Shown here: positions 16,618-27,224 of the stretch, piece after piece
How the letters are laid out: each line of letters opens with the position of its first letter
Numbering within the stretch: position 1 is the stretch's first letter
Source of the DNA: a virus
Lineage: Duplodnaviria; Heunggongvirae; Uroviricota; Caudoviricetes
Reading direction: 5' to 3' (one strand)
IMG/VR virus record: IMGVR_UViG_2925908680_000005
Location: 1-43,384 of that record
Length of the DNA: 43,384 nucleotides
Made by a program: the position numbers and the translations under genes
Notes under the pieces: generated by a model
The model's database searches: none
What the model was told of the DNA's origin: nothing
What the model saw: only the letters and a program-made list of their open reading frames with translations

Positions 16618-18420
16618 TTAACCTCTCAAGAAACACGCCACAGCGACATCAAACAGGCTTGAATCCTGTATTGCCTGCTCACTTTCCCTGTTCGCTTCAT
16701 CCAGTACTTCACGCGCGCTGCGCGATTGTGGATTACCATCATCATCCAGCACGGTGATTATCATGTCAGGTGATTCAAGCAGCGAGTCTTCAGCTATGCG
16801 CAGATCAATATCTCCCGCCTGATCCGCCATCATTTTTTGTTCTGCCTGTTGCAATATTTTATCAGGCTCAAAAGGAGCTACTTCGTCTGGCGTCCTGACC
16901 TCTGCTGTTTTATAGAATGAAACAGCCTGAGCATTAAGTTCACTTTCTGCCTGCTGTCTCCGAGCCAGTTCTGCTCGAGCTTCAAAAAACTGACCGCCAG
17001 GCTCGTGCGGTGCCAACGCGTTACGGGAAAATTCTAGGCGTTCTTGTGCCTGCCGGATTCGTTGATCAATATCGCGAAGTCTGGCCTGTTTATCTGATCG
17101 AGCACGAGACAAAGCTTTACCGCTACCGGTTGGATCTTCTGCAAGAATTTGTGCACGCTGTTCAGTGAGATTTTCAATAATTCGTTGGCTATTAGCGATT
17201 TCAGACTGGTAAACCTGTCTATCTCCACGCGGCAAAAGCTGCGCAGCCTGTTCTTCAAGCAACCGATTTTCTATAGCGCGCGCCGTTACTCCATCATCTA
17301 CAGATGACAGAGCCTCATTAACTGCCTGAGACAGCAGACTCTTGCGCCCAGGAATTTCACTGAAAGATGCAGACTCAACAATGCTGGCAACGTCTACAGG
17401 TCTCCCCTGGCTAACATCAGACATGGCTTTTCGCAGAGCCTGAATGTGAGAATTGCGCGAAAGCACGTTGATAGGCACGCCTGGCGCAATATCAATTTCA
17501 GCATGATGAGCGGCATTCGCCGCCAGTGCAGCATCGATATCAACTGGTGAAAAATTTGGTGCGTTTATAGACTCGCCGCGAGAGTTAATAAATCTGCCGA
17601 CACCACCAAACGCCACCCCAAGAACAGCATCAATAGCAATTGCCTGTCGATCCAACACATCATACTGGTTAGCCATTTCGCTATAGCCACCATCACGAAG
17701 CGTTTTTGCAGTAAGCCCACGCTGTGCCATACCGAACGCAATATTTGTACCTGCGGCATAGGCAATATCTGGCGTTGCACGTACTGCTGTTGCTGCGGCG
17801 CGTCGCACTGAACTTTCACCCGTCCGCGCAAGCTGAGCCGCCACACCTTCCGCCAGCGCACCACCAGCACGTAACCCGAGGCTCATAGGGATCAGTGTTC
17901 CGGCACCAGCAGTAATACCCTGCACTAATCCCGCTTCCTGCGCCGTCCTGAAATCAACACCCTGTGCTGTCAGCCGTTCAAACTCAGAAAAACCCTGTAG
18001 CGAAGTTACCGCCGCTGCACCTCCGACAGGACCACCGAGCGTTGTACCGACAACAGCCTGCCCGCCCATATCGAACAACCCATAAAGGACCTGCCCGGCG
18101 GTTCCGGTTGTCGCGGCATCAGGCGTCAGCCGCTTAACCTGCTGCTCTGCTAGTTTTCTCTGCTCAGCAATGTATGAAACTGAAGTGTCATTGAGCGAGG
18201 TGTTTTCGTTAACAAACTGAGCAATCGGGGATACGATTTTATCCATCCCTGCCCATAGCAACTGATCTGGCTTTGCCACCAGCCCGGAGTACAAACCAGA
18301 CAATGCCGCTCCTACAGCATTTTCGAAAAAACCAACATCGCTGTTAAAGCCCGCTGGATTTGATGCTGCTTCGTCAAGCTGCTGATTCTGGTTTACTGGA
18401 TTAAGGCCAAAGTAACTCAT
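16618..18420 (-). CDS. internal virion / ejection protein (Gly/Ala-rich)
   Basis: 600 aa; translationally coupled to neighbours. Confidence 0.4.
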   Translation of the reverse strand: MSYFGLNPVNQNQQLDEAASNPAGFNSDVGFFENAVGAALSGLYSGLVAKPDQLLWAGMDKIVSPIAQFVNENTSLNDTSVSYIAEQRKLAEQQVKRLTPDAATTGTAGQVLYGLFDMGGQAVVGTTLGGPVGGAAAVTSLQGFSEFERLTAQGVDFRTAQEAGLVQGITAGAGTLIPMSLGLRAGGALAEGVAAQLARTGESSVRRAAATAVRATPDIAYAAGTNIAFGMAQRGLTAKTLRDGGYSEMANQYDVLDRQAIAIDAVLGVAFGGVGRFINSRGESINAPNFSPVDIDAALAANAAHHAEIDIAPGVPINVLSRNSHIQALRKAMSDVSQGRPVDVASIVESASFSEIPGRKSLLSQAVNEALSSVDDGVTARAIENRLLEEQAAQLLPRGDRQVYQSEIANSQRIIENLTEQRAQILAEDPTGSGKALSRARSDKQARLRDIDQRIRQAQERLEFSRNALAPHEPGGQFFEARAELARRQQAESELNAQAVSFYKTAEVRTPDEVAPFEPDKILQQAEQKMMADQAGDIDLRIAEDSLLESPDMIITVLDDDGNPQSRSAREVLDEANRESEQAIQDSSLFDVAVACFLRG

Positions 18421-20930
18421 TGCGGAATATCTCCGGAGAATCTCTGACGCTTCTGTGTCAGATTAAGAACAACGGGAGAACCATCATCTTTCAGCAGATA
18501 ACCAGTACCAAGTTTCACCAGGTACTGACTATCGCCGTAACTTTGCAAACCATACTGACCAGGCGGTGTTTTTATCCCAGAGCCGACAACTTGTTCATTC
18601 CAAGCCTGATTAACCTGCTTATCGAATTGCTCTGCAGACATTCCCCACGGCAAAAGGACATTCCCCATTCCGTTATAGTCATGCACGCCACCTGTAGCTA
18701 CGTTAACAGCCTGTTTCCAGACATCATTGTCAATTTCGCCTGATACCACGCCTTTTTTCGCCATCACACCAGCGTAATAATCCTTTGCGATCTCGTATGC
18801 CATTGATGCCCCCTGAGCGTCACCAGCAAATGCATCCTTCACCATGTCAGAAAACTCAAGGCGAAGATCAGCATCTTTAGGCATCGGAATACCTTTCGCA
18901 TCATCAGTACCTTTACGAGCCGCCGCGCCAGCAAGAATTGTCTGCGCAGCGGTTTCAGGAGACACGGAAACATCCGGATTAAACCAGTTTTTTTCTGCCA
19001 AAATACCACCAGGCTTATCCATCAGTATCCCGGCAACGGCAGCAGATGGAGCGTTGGCACTGATCTGCTGTAGTGCTGACATATACACCTGCCCACCACC
19101 AGTGCTCTGCCTGATGGTATCGAGATATGCTGCCTGTTGGGAAACTGGAGCATCACGAAAGAAAACACCGATCTGATTGGCCTCGTCTTTGGAAAAGAAC
19201 GTCAGTGGAGTGCCATATGACTTAGCAAGGTCACTGACCTGAGCGGCACGCAAGGCAACGCTCTGTCCAAAGTTATCCTTATTGCTCATGTCGATAGGCT
19301 TTGCCTGTCCGGAGGCAAGAGAGAACTGCACAGGATCCGACTGCCGCTGCTTTATCACCTGATTTGCAGCCGAAACAACGTTGTCATAAAGAGCTGCGCG
19401 AGACGCATAACCCTCCCCTGTCTCACCAGTATCCGGGCGTAATTGCTCAACATATGCGGTAATGCTGCTTGTCGGCATGTTGCGGAAAGAGCCTATATAC
19501 TGTCCGGCGATCTGCGTATTTCTGAACTCGGTATATCGCAGGTTTCCTTCTCTGACGCCATAAGCTGCAATAAAATCATCCTCACCAGGTGGGTTAGGAA
19601 ATTCAACGCCACGCATATACGCAGCCGTCGCATCGCGAACCTTGCTGTCAATTATCGTTTTATATTCAGCCTGCTGCTGCCGACGCAGTTGATCCGCCTG
19701 TCGCATAAAACTTGCCTGAGCCTCAGGAGATGCCGCATCGAATGCTGCATTACCGGTATAGCGTTTGGTCTTGGTTGGAATTGTTGATAAACCAAGTGCT
19801 GCACTGACACCAGCAGTTAACTGCTGATCACTGTATGGCTGACTACCGTTCTCATGATGGATAATGGCTGCACAAAGCGCCTTCAGGGTATCAGGATTTG
19901 ATGCATCGAGAGGCTCATCAGCAGAAACGCCAAGTTGTTCGCACACGGCTTTGATATACGACATAGTGTCATTTTTATCAGTAGGCGGTGCCCAGCGATT
20001 AATTATCTCGCTGACGGTATCAATACCCTGCCTCTGATACGACATCAGGTTTCGCCCTAATGCACGAATCCCGTGTTCAGGTGTTTCGAATTTAGCAAAT
20101 CGACCATCATCACCGGTCTGGCCTACCCACGGATTAGTTTTGCTGTATTCGAGATTTCCTGGGTTATTGTTGCGTATGCCACGGGCACGCTCGGAAGAGT
20201 CACTATCTGCTACAGCACGGCGAGCTCCAGCAGCAGTATCACTTAACTCGCCATTACTTTGGATGAATGCGGTCGCATTGTTTGCCGACCACTGGGACAA
20301 TGCGGCATCAGCAACCTTCTCTTTAAACTCGATTTTCTTGGCCTGGATTTGCTCGTCACTCCAGCCATGTGCAATGCCGTAATCCTCAATTTGCTGGAAA
20401 GTTTGCTTATTAACCAATACATATGCGGCGTTGTCGCCATACAATGCTGCGGCATTTTTACCATTGTTCAGCAGCGTAGCCTGAAACTGGCCTTCTTCGT
20501 AGGCATTTATTTGCCCTATCTCGTGCCGCCCGGCCTGCGTAGTGAACTGAATGCGCTGCTGCTGCGCCTGCTGCATGAAAGCATTACGGGCCTGTTCATC
20601 CGGCAGCGACATAGCCAGTTGTTCGACCTGAGCATCAAACTGCTGCGTATACTCATGGCCTTTTCCAATAGCATTTTTCCCTTTCAGGTTAAGCAATCCT
20701 GTTTCAGGATTATTCAGCAGATCACTGCTTATCTGACTGAGGTTAAGAGATGCCTCCTGAGCCAGAGCGATATTGGCACGCTGTTTTGCCTGTCCCAAAA
20801 CATCAATTGCCTCTGTCCCTGCCCGAACAAAAGCATCACCAATACCTGGCTGAGAAAACGTCTGCAAGCCTGCTGACTGAACTCCACGACTCTCAACCTG
20901 ACGTCCGGATACTGTTGGTACGACTGGCAT
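18417..20930 (-). CDS. internal virion protein
   Basis: start taken at the MPVVP methionine (GGAGG upstream, 1-nt overlap with upstream stop); about 837 aa. Confidence 0.45.
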   Translation of the reverse strand: MPVVPTVSGRQVESRGVQSAGLQTFSQPGIGDAFVRAGTEAIDVLGQAKQRANIALAQEASLNLSQISSDLLNNPETGLLNLKGKNAIGKGHEYTQQFDAQVEQLAMSLPDEQARNAFMQQAQQQRIQFTTQAGRHEIGQINAYEEGQFQATLLNNGKNAAALYGDNAAYVLVNKQTFQQIEDYGIAHGWSDEQIQAKKIEFKEKVADAALSQWSANNATAFIQSNGELSDTAAGARRAVADSDSSERARGIRNNNPGNLEYSKTNPWVGQTGDDGRFAKFETPEHGIRALGRNLMSYQRQGIDTVSEIINRWAPPTDKNDTMSYIKAVCEQLGVSADEPLDASNPDTLKALCAAIIHHENGSQPYSDQQLTAGVSAALGLSTIPTKTKRYTGNAAFDAASPEAQASFMRQADQLRRQQQAEYKTIIDSKVRDATAAYMRGVEFPNPPGEDDFIAAYGVREGNLRYTEFRNTQIAGQYIGSFRNMPTSSITAYVEQLRPDTGETGEGYASRAALYDNVVSAANQVIKQRQSDPVQFSLASGQAKPIDMSNKDNFGQSVALRAAQVSDLAKSYGTPLTFFSKDEANQIGVFFRDAPVSQQAAYLDTIRQSTGGGQVYMSALQQISANAPSAAVAGILMDKPGGILAEKNWFNPDVSVSPETAAQTILAGAAARKGTDDAKGIPMPKDADLRLEFSDMVKDAFAGDAQGASMAYEIAKDYYAGVMAKKGVVSGEIDNDVWKQAVNVATGGVHDYNGMGNVLLPWGMSAEQFDKQVNQAWNEQVVGSGIKTPPGQYGLQSYGDSQYLVKLGTGYLLKDDGSPVVLNLTQKRQRFSGDIPQ

Positions 20931-21475
20931 TATAATCCTCCGGGTAATCTGGTTCCTGCTGCAGCCCCGATTGGCGCAGGGGTGCTTTGAGTAAACGGAC
21001 TCCACGTCCCACCAAACATCTGGTACGCACCGTATGCCTTCAGAGGCGCAGTGAGCAATGTTGTTGCTGCTCCCACATTCCCCTGTTTACGGGCTGAACT
21101 GGCTTCTGCTTTATAGTTGGCAGCCTGAACCTGATAACCGTAAGCCTCGCGTTGCGCGTTATTCACCGTCGTCAGCGAATCAAGAGCGCCAAACTGAGCA
21201 GTGTCACCAAATATATCCAGCGCGTTACCGGTAGATAAATCAGCGCCGGTAGCCCCCATTGTCGCCGCTTGTGTGCCAAGCCGCTGTCGGGTCTCTCTGC
21301 GCCGTTGCTCAGCTTCAGCGTTACCTCTGTTTATTGCATCATTTGCCTGAGCAGTGGCTATATCTGCGTTCGCTTCTGCAACCTTCGAGGCATACTTTCC
21401 CTGTTGGTACTGGGTGTATGCCTGAATGCCACTCATGGCGAGCATTGCGCCACCAGCAATAACCGGATCGCACAT
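20930..21475 (-). CDS. virion protein (gp14-like position)
   Basis: 181 aa, Ala/Gln-rich, within structural operon. Confidence 0.4.
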   Translation of the reverse strand: MCDPVIAGGAMLAMSGIQAYTQYQQGKYASKVAEANADIATAQANDAINRGNAEAEQRRRETRQRLGTQAATMGATGADLSTGNALDIFGDTAQFGALDSLTTVNNAQREAYGYQVQAANYKAEASSARKQGNVGAATTLLTAPLKAYGAYQMFGGTWSPFTQSTPAPIGAAAGTRLPGGL

Positions 21476-21939
21476 TATTTTCTCTCCATGTGAAATCTGT
21501 GGAAATTAAGACCAAGAGCACCATAAGGCGCGGCTTCTTCAAGCCTGAATCCAAGCCAGTGCAGCCATGCTTTGGCAACATGGTTTCGCTCGTCGACGTA
21601 GTTTTCCAGGCGCGGATAAACTGCCAACATCTGCTGCAATACAGGTCGGCAGTGGCGAAGAAATGTCTTCTGATATTTTTCAATACGGCTGGTTCCGACC
21701 AGCCAGGGCGTACCATTGCCACCGATCATTGACGCCGGAGATACACCAAACATGGTTACCAGTTCTCCGTTTGCAAATCCTGACCAGGCCATAGTCGCAG
21801 TACGCAGACCAACACGCAGCGCATCTTCGGTAGTCATCAGTGATACCGCATACAGTTCGTCAATATCAGCCTGACGAACATCCGGCAAAATCATCTGAAG
21901 ATGCTCTTCGGTTGCGGGAATAATTTGAACATCGATCAT
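21475..21939 (-). CDS. virion protein (gp13-like position)
   Basis: 154 aa, within structural operon. Confidence 0.4.
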   Translation of the reverse strand: MIDVQIIPATEEHLQMILPDVRQADIDELYAVSLMTTEDALRVGLRTATMAWSGFANGELVTMFGVSPASMIGGNGTPWLVGTSRIEKYQKTFLRHCRPVLQQMLAVYPRLENYVDERNHVAKAWLHWLGFRLEEAAPYGALGLNFHRFHMERK

Positions 21940-24410
21940 CAGAATCCCCCAACAGTAAGGCGAGGAATAACGGCAAGAACAGACAGCGGCAACGGATCAA
22001 GCTGACGGATTTTTACACGTCCGTTTTTGCCCCAGTTACTGTCCAGTTTCACTTCTACTTTTCCGGTAGCATCATCAACAGGATCATCGTAGAACTCGAA
22101 TTCACGCTGTGGATATTCGTACCATTTACCGCCAGGCGTAGTCGCCCAGATGCCGCGACTGGCATTCACAACCAGAGTAACGGAGGGTATCACCTGTTTT
22201 TTGTCCAGCAGCGTTTCCTGTCCGTTAATGTTGATATCCAGTGTTTCGAATTCAGCAGTTATTGGCAGGCCGATGTGCACTACAGCCCCCGGAGATTCCA
22301 GTGTGACGGCACCTCCGGAAACCACTTTCTGTGGTTCCACGTTCGCATCAGAGAGAATGTTTACGGTCTGGCCTTCAAGATGAGACAGGCCTCCAAATGT
22401 CCGGCGCGCCATCTGCCAGTTCGTGGTGGCCGCATTCCTGAGGGATGGCGGGACGTTCCTGTTGGCACGAACCACTACAGCGGTATTGCTGGTTACAGAA
22501 ATAATGTCGCAACGTAATTCTTTTGACACTTCATCGCCAGTATCAGGATCAGTTCCGATATAAGGGAACTGTAGTTGCGCACCGACATCGCCACTGGTGA
22601 AGTACGCACCACCAGAAACACTGATTGTATATTCCGCACGGTAATCCCATTCACCAGAACCACCAGTGATGGTCATCGTTCTGTCAGACGTATTTCTTCC
22701 ATCATAGCTAAGGCCAGAATCAACAAAGAAAGCATCTTCATCGCTGGTAAATAAACGGCTGGACAGCCGCTCGATGTATCTCACTGTTTGCCCGTTAACG
22801 GTTCGGTTAACGACGAAATACACCGCATCTTCATTTCCTTCGCTGATACTGCATGTGCTTTCATATTTTCCGGTACTGGACTGTGGTGCCCATGCAAAAA
22901 CCTGTTGATCACGCAAATAGGTCATCACCAGTAATTTACCGTCATCACGAATGCAGAAGGCGCTGGAGTAAGGGACAATAGAGAAGCACCAGTCAACAAT
23001 GCTGTGCTTCTGAAAAAGATGATTGGCAAGGATGGTCAGGTCGTTCCCCTGATAGCCGTCAACATCGAATGAGTAGGCCAGATCACGGACAACACTGCCT
23101 TTCTCCTGAACGAACAGAGCAATATTCGCCACAGTAATTGGTGGGACGTTGCTTGAGCCATTTGATCCCTGAGAGCTGAATGCAAATGATGATGGGGTTA
23201 ACACTTTGTTCTGGTCGCCGGTGATGACGTACTCACCTCCGGAAGTCAGCGCCACCAGCGAACCAACATCAATCAGGTGGCGGATCTCATTAACCTGACG
23301 CCCGGCATAGGTGTAGATAATTCTGTCGTCATCCTGCGTAGGATTGCTTTTGCCAAAATCCTTATAATCCCCGGTACGGCTGGCCCAGATAGTCTGAGGG
23401 AACGCAGTCGATGCGGCGAAGTAAAGACGTTGTTGATAATAAACAACAGTGCCAGGATAACCATTAACACTGTGCCAGGCATATTTAGCCCATTTATAGC
23501 TGGCATTATCCTCACCAACGACCTGCGAAGGGATATAGGAAATCACCTCGGCAGTTGCAGTAGTGCCGTTTACAGCAGTGATACGGGCAATGCCAAACCC
23601 ACTGTGCAGATACTCCCACTCAATGCCAGTATCATCATCACCGGATCCGCCCCAGCCATCCCATGATGTGCCTTCTGTATGCGAAGGGCGCAAAGTGCCT
23701 GTTTTGCCTGCTGTAACGGCGCGATAGTAGTTACTGTCTGCACGGCGAATATCGCCAATAGACGTACTCTTACTGGTTTCCCATACCGGCACTGAATCCA
23801 CTGCAGGCTGTTCCAGATAGAACAATTTGCCTACCTGCTCCGCGCCAAAAATAGAGGCGCTTGCCGTTAACGTAATTGTCCCGGTGCTGGCGCTGGCATA
23901 AACCGTCACTGACTCGTCAATATTGATATCTTCAAATGGCCCGTTCTTCGTTACCACATCAACCAGTTGCCAGTTGTCATGCGCATAGCGGCGCAGCTCT
24001 TTCGGCGGGTATGCCGGGTGAACCAGCGTAAGCACGTCGGCGCTTTGCGTGAATTTAATTCGGAACAGATCGGCTTCAGTATATGGCGTGGCAATTTCAT
24101 AAATAACATTGCTGCTGTTCAGCACCAACGCACCATCTTTGATAACGCGCATGTACTGGTGTCCGAACTCCAGAGCATAGGTCTGAACCGTCGAGAACTG
24201 GAACGGGATCAGGCGGCATTTCCGATTTGGGTATTTGGCGGCACCGACAAAACGCGTACCAGGTCGATTCTCAACGCCGCCATACTGCCGCACGATAAAG
24301 TTATCGCACTTGCGCAATGCCACCTGGTACTTCGCCATGTCGATACGACCGTACAACGACGGTCCAATCTCACCACCGGCAAAGCTGGGCTGGATCCAAC
24401 TGATAGCCAT
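21939..24410 (-). CDS. tail tubular protein B-like (tail nozzle)
   Basis: 823 aa directly downstream of an about 200-aa tail tubular A-like gene, T7-like gene order. Confidence 0.5.
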   Translation of the reverse strand: MAISWIQPSFAGGEIGPSLYGRIDMAKYQVALRKCDNFIVRQYGGVENRPGTRFVGAAKYPNRKCRLIPFQFSTVQTYALEFGHQYMRVIKDGALVLNSSNVIYEIATPYTEADLFRIKFTQSADVLTLVHPAYPPKELRRYAHDNWQLVDVVTKNGPFEDINIDESVTVYASASTGTITLTASASIFGAEQVGKLFYLEQPAVDSVPVWETSKSTSIGDIRRADSNYYRAVTAGKTGTLRPSHTEGTSWDGWGGSGDDDTGIEWEYLHSGFGIARITAVNGTTATAEVISYIPSQVVGEDNASYKWAKYAWHSVNGYPGTVVYYQQRLYFAASTAFPQTIWASRTGDYKDFGKSNPTQDDDRIIYTYAGRQVNEIRHLIDVGSLVALTSGGEYVITGDQNKVLTPSSFAFSSQGSNGSSNVPPITVANIALFVQEKGSVVRDLAYSFDVDGYQGNDLTILANHLFQKHSIVDWCFSIVPYSSAFCIRDDGKLLVMTYLRDQQVFAWAPQSSTGKYESTCSISEGNEDAVYFVVNRTVNGQTVRYIERLSSRLFTSDEDAFFVDSGLSYDGRNTSDRTMTITGGSGEWDYRAEYTISVSGGAYFTSGDVGAQLQFPYIGTDPDTGDEVSKELRCDIISVTSNTAVVVRANRNVPPSLRNAATTNWQMARRTFGGLSHLEGQTVNILSDANVEPQKVVSGGAVTLESPGAVVHIGLPITAEFETLDININGQETLLDKKQVIPSVTLVVNASRGIWATTPGGKWYEYPQREFEFYDDPVDDATGKVEVKLDSNWGKNGRVKIRQLDPLPLSVLAVIPRLTVGGF

Positions 24411-25015
24411 CAGGACAACCTCGCAATGGTAAACTCGTCAACCGGTGGCTGTGGTTCCTGTGATTCATTCTGGCTATGCGAGCCAGCACTAAGAATCACG
24501 CGATTGTACATATTGAGGGCAAACGTACCGAGGTCTGCATTCCCAGTCAGCGCCATGTTAATAGCTGCCGCAAGACGCCAGGCCAACGCCTCCATAAAAA
24601 TGGCATCAAACATGTTCACATCTGAAACGCGAGAGACATACTTGAGCCATGCCTGCGGCTGGTCTGTGTAGATCAACTTTCCTGTTCCGTTGGTGTCTGC
24701 ACCAACTTCGTACTGAACGCGCATTGCTGCTGTTGGATTGCGTACACCAGGAAGCATAATTTCAGTAATGCGCAGACAATCGGACGGGTACTGATACGCA
24801 TACTCCCAGTCAGGCGGTGGATTGCTCGTATCTGCAAGCGCCACGCGTTTGGTAGCAAAGTTCCAGTCAAAATCAGAAAGCACAGCATCACGGCAGGCCT
24901 CAAAGTGCAGCGAACATTCCCCCGCTTCCTTGCTGGCTTCCGTCAGGCTGTTAATGCTGCGGCTATTGCCAATATTGGACAGCGCACGATTGCAGATCTC
25001 TACTACAGAGGCCAT
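24410..25015 (-). CDS. tail tubular protein A-like (tail adaptor)
   Basis: 201 aa, position and size. Confidence 0.45.
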   Translation of the reverse strand: MASVVEICNRALSNIGNSRSINSLTEASKEAGECSLHFEACRDAVLSDFDWNFATKRVALADTSNPPPDWEYAYQYPSDCLRITEIMLPGVRNPTAAMRVQYEVGADTNGTGKLIYTDQPQAWLKYVSRVSDVNMFDAIFMEALAWRLAAAINMALTGNADLGTFALNMYNRVILSAGSHSQNESQEPQPPVDEFTIARLS

Positions 25016-25344
25016 TACTCACCCCCATTGCCGTACAGAGTTTCAGCCGCTGATTTTTCTACATCCCCGGAAACAGGAGCGATCGCCATATCAGTGATCT
25101 GCAGATCGGCGCTGCGATTAACACCATCGTCAGTTTCTCTGGCAGACAGGCCTCGAATAACAGCCTTTGCAGTTATCATCACTTCTGTTCCAACGCCCTG
25201 AGTTTGCGCCTTCAGCTTATTCAATGTGTCGTTATTCAGCGTGATGCACAGCCCCCACGGGTATTCATCGCGAGTTCTGGTTTCTCCGCTCTCATCCTGG
25301 TAGCTGTCAGTGCCGGTTTTGAGGTTTACGAGTTCCATATACAC
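25015..25344 (-). CDS. small virion-module protein
   Basis: 109 aa ORF in structural operon. Confidence 0.35.
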   Translation of the reverse strand: MYMELVNLKTGTDSYQDESGETRTRDEYPWGLCITLNNDTLNKLKAQTQGVGTEVMITAKAVIRGLSARETDDGVNRSADLQITDMAIAPVSGDVEKSAAETLYGNGGE

Positions 25345-25355
25345 TCCTGCAATAA

Positions 25356-25371
25356 AGGGGCCGAAGCCCCT
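25356..25371 (-). other. GC-rich hairpin (AGGGGC-CGAA-GCCCCT) between structural genes; possible partial terminator or RNA stability element
   Basis: read directly; followed on the minus strand by TTATTG. Confidence 0.35.
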
Positions 25372-25388
25372 TGTCTGATCCGCGAGGC

Positions 25389-25733
25389 TTACACGCCCAG
25401 TTCTTTACGCTTATCTGCGATCTTCTCGCGGAGCGTTTCGGCTTTGGCGTTATGGTGTGGCTTCTCGTTAAAGAGCAATTCGTACTCTTCACGGAGCTTA
25501 TCCAGTTCACCATCATCTGACACATCGTTGATGATTTTGGTGCTGGTTGCTGCCATTGACACCTTTCCTGCAACTTTTGCTTTTGCCTGTCTGGCTGCAT
25601 CGTTAACAGGTTCCAGTGCGCTACCAGGCTCACCTTCGTATTCGATTTCTGCCCCATCCGGCCACAGAGTGTTATGGATATGAGAGAGGCGCAGAACGCG
25701 GTATCTTGGTTTCTCACCTGACATCGATATCAC
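25389..25733 (-). CDS. small virion-module protein
   Basis: 114 aa. Confidence 0.35.
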   Translation of the reverse strand: MISMSGEKPRYRVLRLSHIHNTLWPDGAEIEYEGEPGSALEPVNDAARQAKAKVAGKVSMAATSTKIINDVSDDGELDKLREEYELLFNEKPHHNAKAETLREKIADKRKELGV

Positions 25734-25734
25734 C

Positions 25735-26172
25735 TTAACCAGTTACTTTTGAGCGGATCGGATACGGCGTATTGGCATCAACATCAAGACTGATACCCGC
25801 AGTGAATTCGCCAGCCGTTAGTGGGCCAGTTGCGACGGAGTAGTTAACACGCAGATATCGCTGAACACCGGCAGGCACCTTTGCAGAAACAACTCGTTTA
25901 CCTGCTGTCAGGGCGGTCTTTGCCAGTGCGCCACTATCATAAATAGTGATCCATGAGCTGTTATCCTCACTCGTCTGCAACTGGATGTTTACAGTTGCCT
26001 CACCACTTGCCGTGGCGGCTTCGTTAACCAGCACCCAAAACTCAAGCGGGTAACCCACACCGATATCGCGACGGTTTCCGTCAATTGGACCGAGATCGAT
26101 TACGTCAGTAGAAGCCGCGGTATTCGTAACCGCCTGAGCTTCGGAGAACATCAACAGTTTGTCGGTGATCAT
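25735..26172 (-). CDS. head-associated protein (possible decoration/minor capsid protein)
   Basis: 145 aa directly downstream of major capsid gene. Confidence 0.35.
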   Translation of the reverse strand: MITDKLLMFSEAQAVTNTAASTDVIDLGPIDGNRRDIGVGYPLEFWVLVNEAATASGEATVNIQLQTSEDNSSWITIYDSGALAKTALTAGKRVVSAKVPAGVQRYLRVNYSVATGPLTAGEFTAGISLDVDANTPYPIRSKVTG

Positions 26173-26187
26173 CTTCTTTCTCCATTA

Positions 26188-26207
26188 GTGGGTCTGTTAC
26201 GACCCAC
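26188..26207 (-). other. stem-loop immediately downstream of the major capsid gene (GTGGGTC-TGTTAC-GACCCAC)
   Basis: read directly; no U-run, so likely attenuator or stability hairpin. Confidence 0.35.
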
Positions 26208-26223
26208 AGGTTAATAACAGGCG

Positions 26224-27216
26224 TTACACCACGCGGGCTTCTGTTTCCAGAAGCGCATCAGTTTCACGGATTGGTACACCACGGAATGACGTCCACCACT
26301 CGCCTTCAGTCTCTTTTACGCTAATCGCCAGAGATGTTTTCTCCAGAGACTGCAGATCAAGAGCCTGGCCTACAGTGCGGTTCATGTAGAACACCGGGCG
26401 ACCCATGCCACGGTTTGGAATGCGATGCAGTGCTTTAACCATCAACTTCGCAATATTTGCGGCAGAGGAAGGTTCTGAAAGATTGCTGACATCGATGTTT
26501 GCAATGCGAACAACATAACGCCAGTCACGCAGAGCAAGTCCGTTATCCCATTTGTAATGGGTGCGATAGCCTTCGTACTTGCCGCCATTAGCATCTTCCA
26601 GTGTCACCTGGCCTTTATCTTCCATCTGGATGCCAGCCTTCTGCCCTTTCGGGAAGATGCCATGCACGGTGTTTTCGCCCCACACCACTAACCAGATTGA
26701 GGTGTTATCTGTACCCGTGCCACCAGCATCAATGATGTTCTGAGCATTACCCGCCGACAGGCTGGAATAGCGGGAGGACAGTCCCATAAACTGCTGAGGG
26801 TTAACGCTGGAATCACCATAAAACAGCGTCTGCGCCATCTGCTGATTCATCGCTTCAATAAATGCGCGGTCTTCAGACAGGCGGAATTCGGCGGTATTAC
26901 CGTTCAGATCAGCCAGTGACTTATCGACTTCAGCATAGGTTTCCAGCATGCCAACGGAGTCGGTGACCTGCACTGTGGTTGATTTGCTTGGCTGTACGCC
27001 ATAGTTCAGCAAACGCCAGGTAGCTGAAGGTAAACCAGAACGAATGGTGGTTCGGTGTCCGGTAGGAAGGTTCCCTTCGACAAAAGGCATATCCTGAAGG
27101 ATCGGGTTAGTTTGACCGAGAAGCTCGATAATCTTATCGACTTTCCCGTTTGGATCGACGCGCTTACCCCAGTCAGCCAGCGTTAGCGCAGTTAAGCCTT
27201 TAACAGCCATTGTCAT
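26224..27216 (-). CDS. major capsid protein
   Basis: 330 aa, position after scaffold and portal, typical size and composition. Confidence 0.7.
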   Translation of the reverse strand: MTMAVKGLTALTLADWGKRVDPNGKVDKIIELLGQTNPILQDMPFVEGNLPTGHRTTIRSGLPSATWRLLNYGVQPSKSTTVQVTDSVGMLETYAEVDKSLADLNGNTAEFRLSEDRAFIEAMNQQMAQTLFYGDSSVNPQQFMGLSSRYSSLSAGNAQNIIDAGGTGTDNTSIWLVVWGENTVHGIFPKGQKAGIQMEDKGQVTLEDANGGKYEGYRTHYKWDNGLALRDWRYVVRIANIDVSNLSEPSSAANIAKLMVKALHRIPNRGMGRPVFYMNRTVGQALDLQSLEKTSLAISVKETEGEWWTSFRGVPIRETDALLETEARVV

Positions 27217-27224
27217 TTCCTCTC

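Noticed and set aside
20259-20876. 205-aa plus-strand ORF
   Set aside because: Antisense to the large internal virion protein gene within a tightly coupled minus-strand operon; no ribosome-binding site; Leu/Cys/Ser-rich junk-like translation.
23967-24671. 234-aa plus-strand ORF
   Set aside because: Antisense to the tail tubular B-like and A-like genes; typical shadow ORF.
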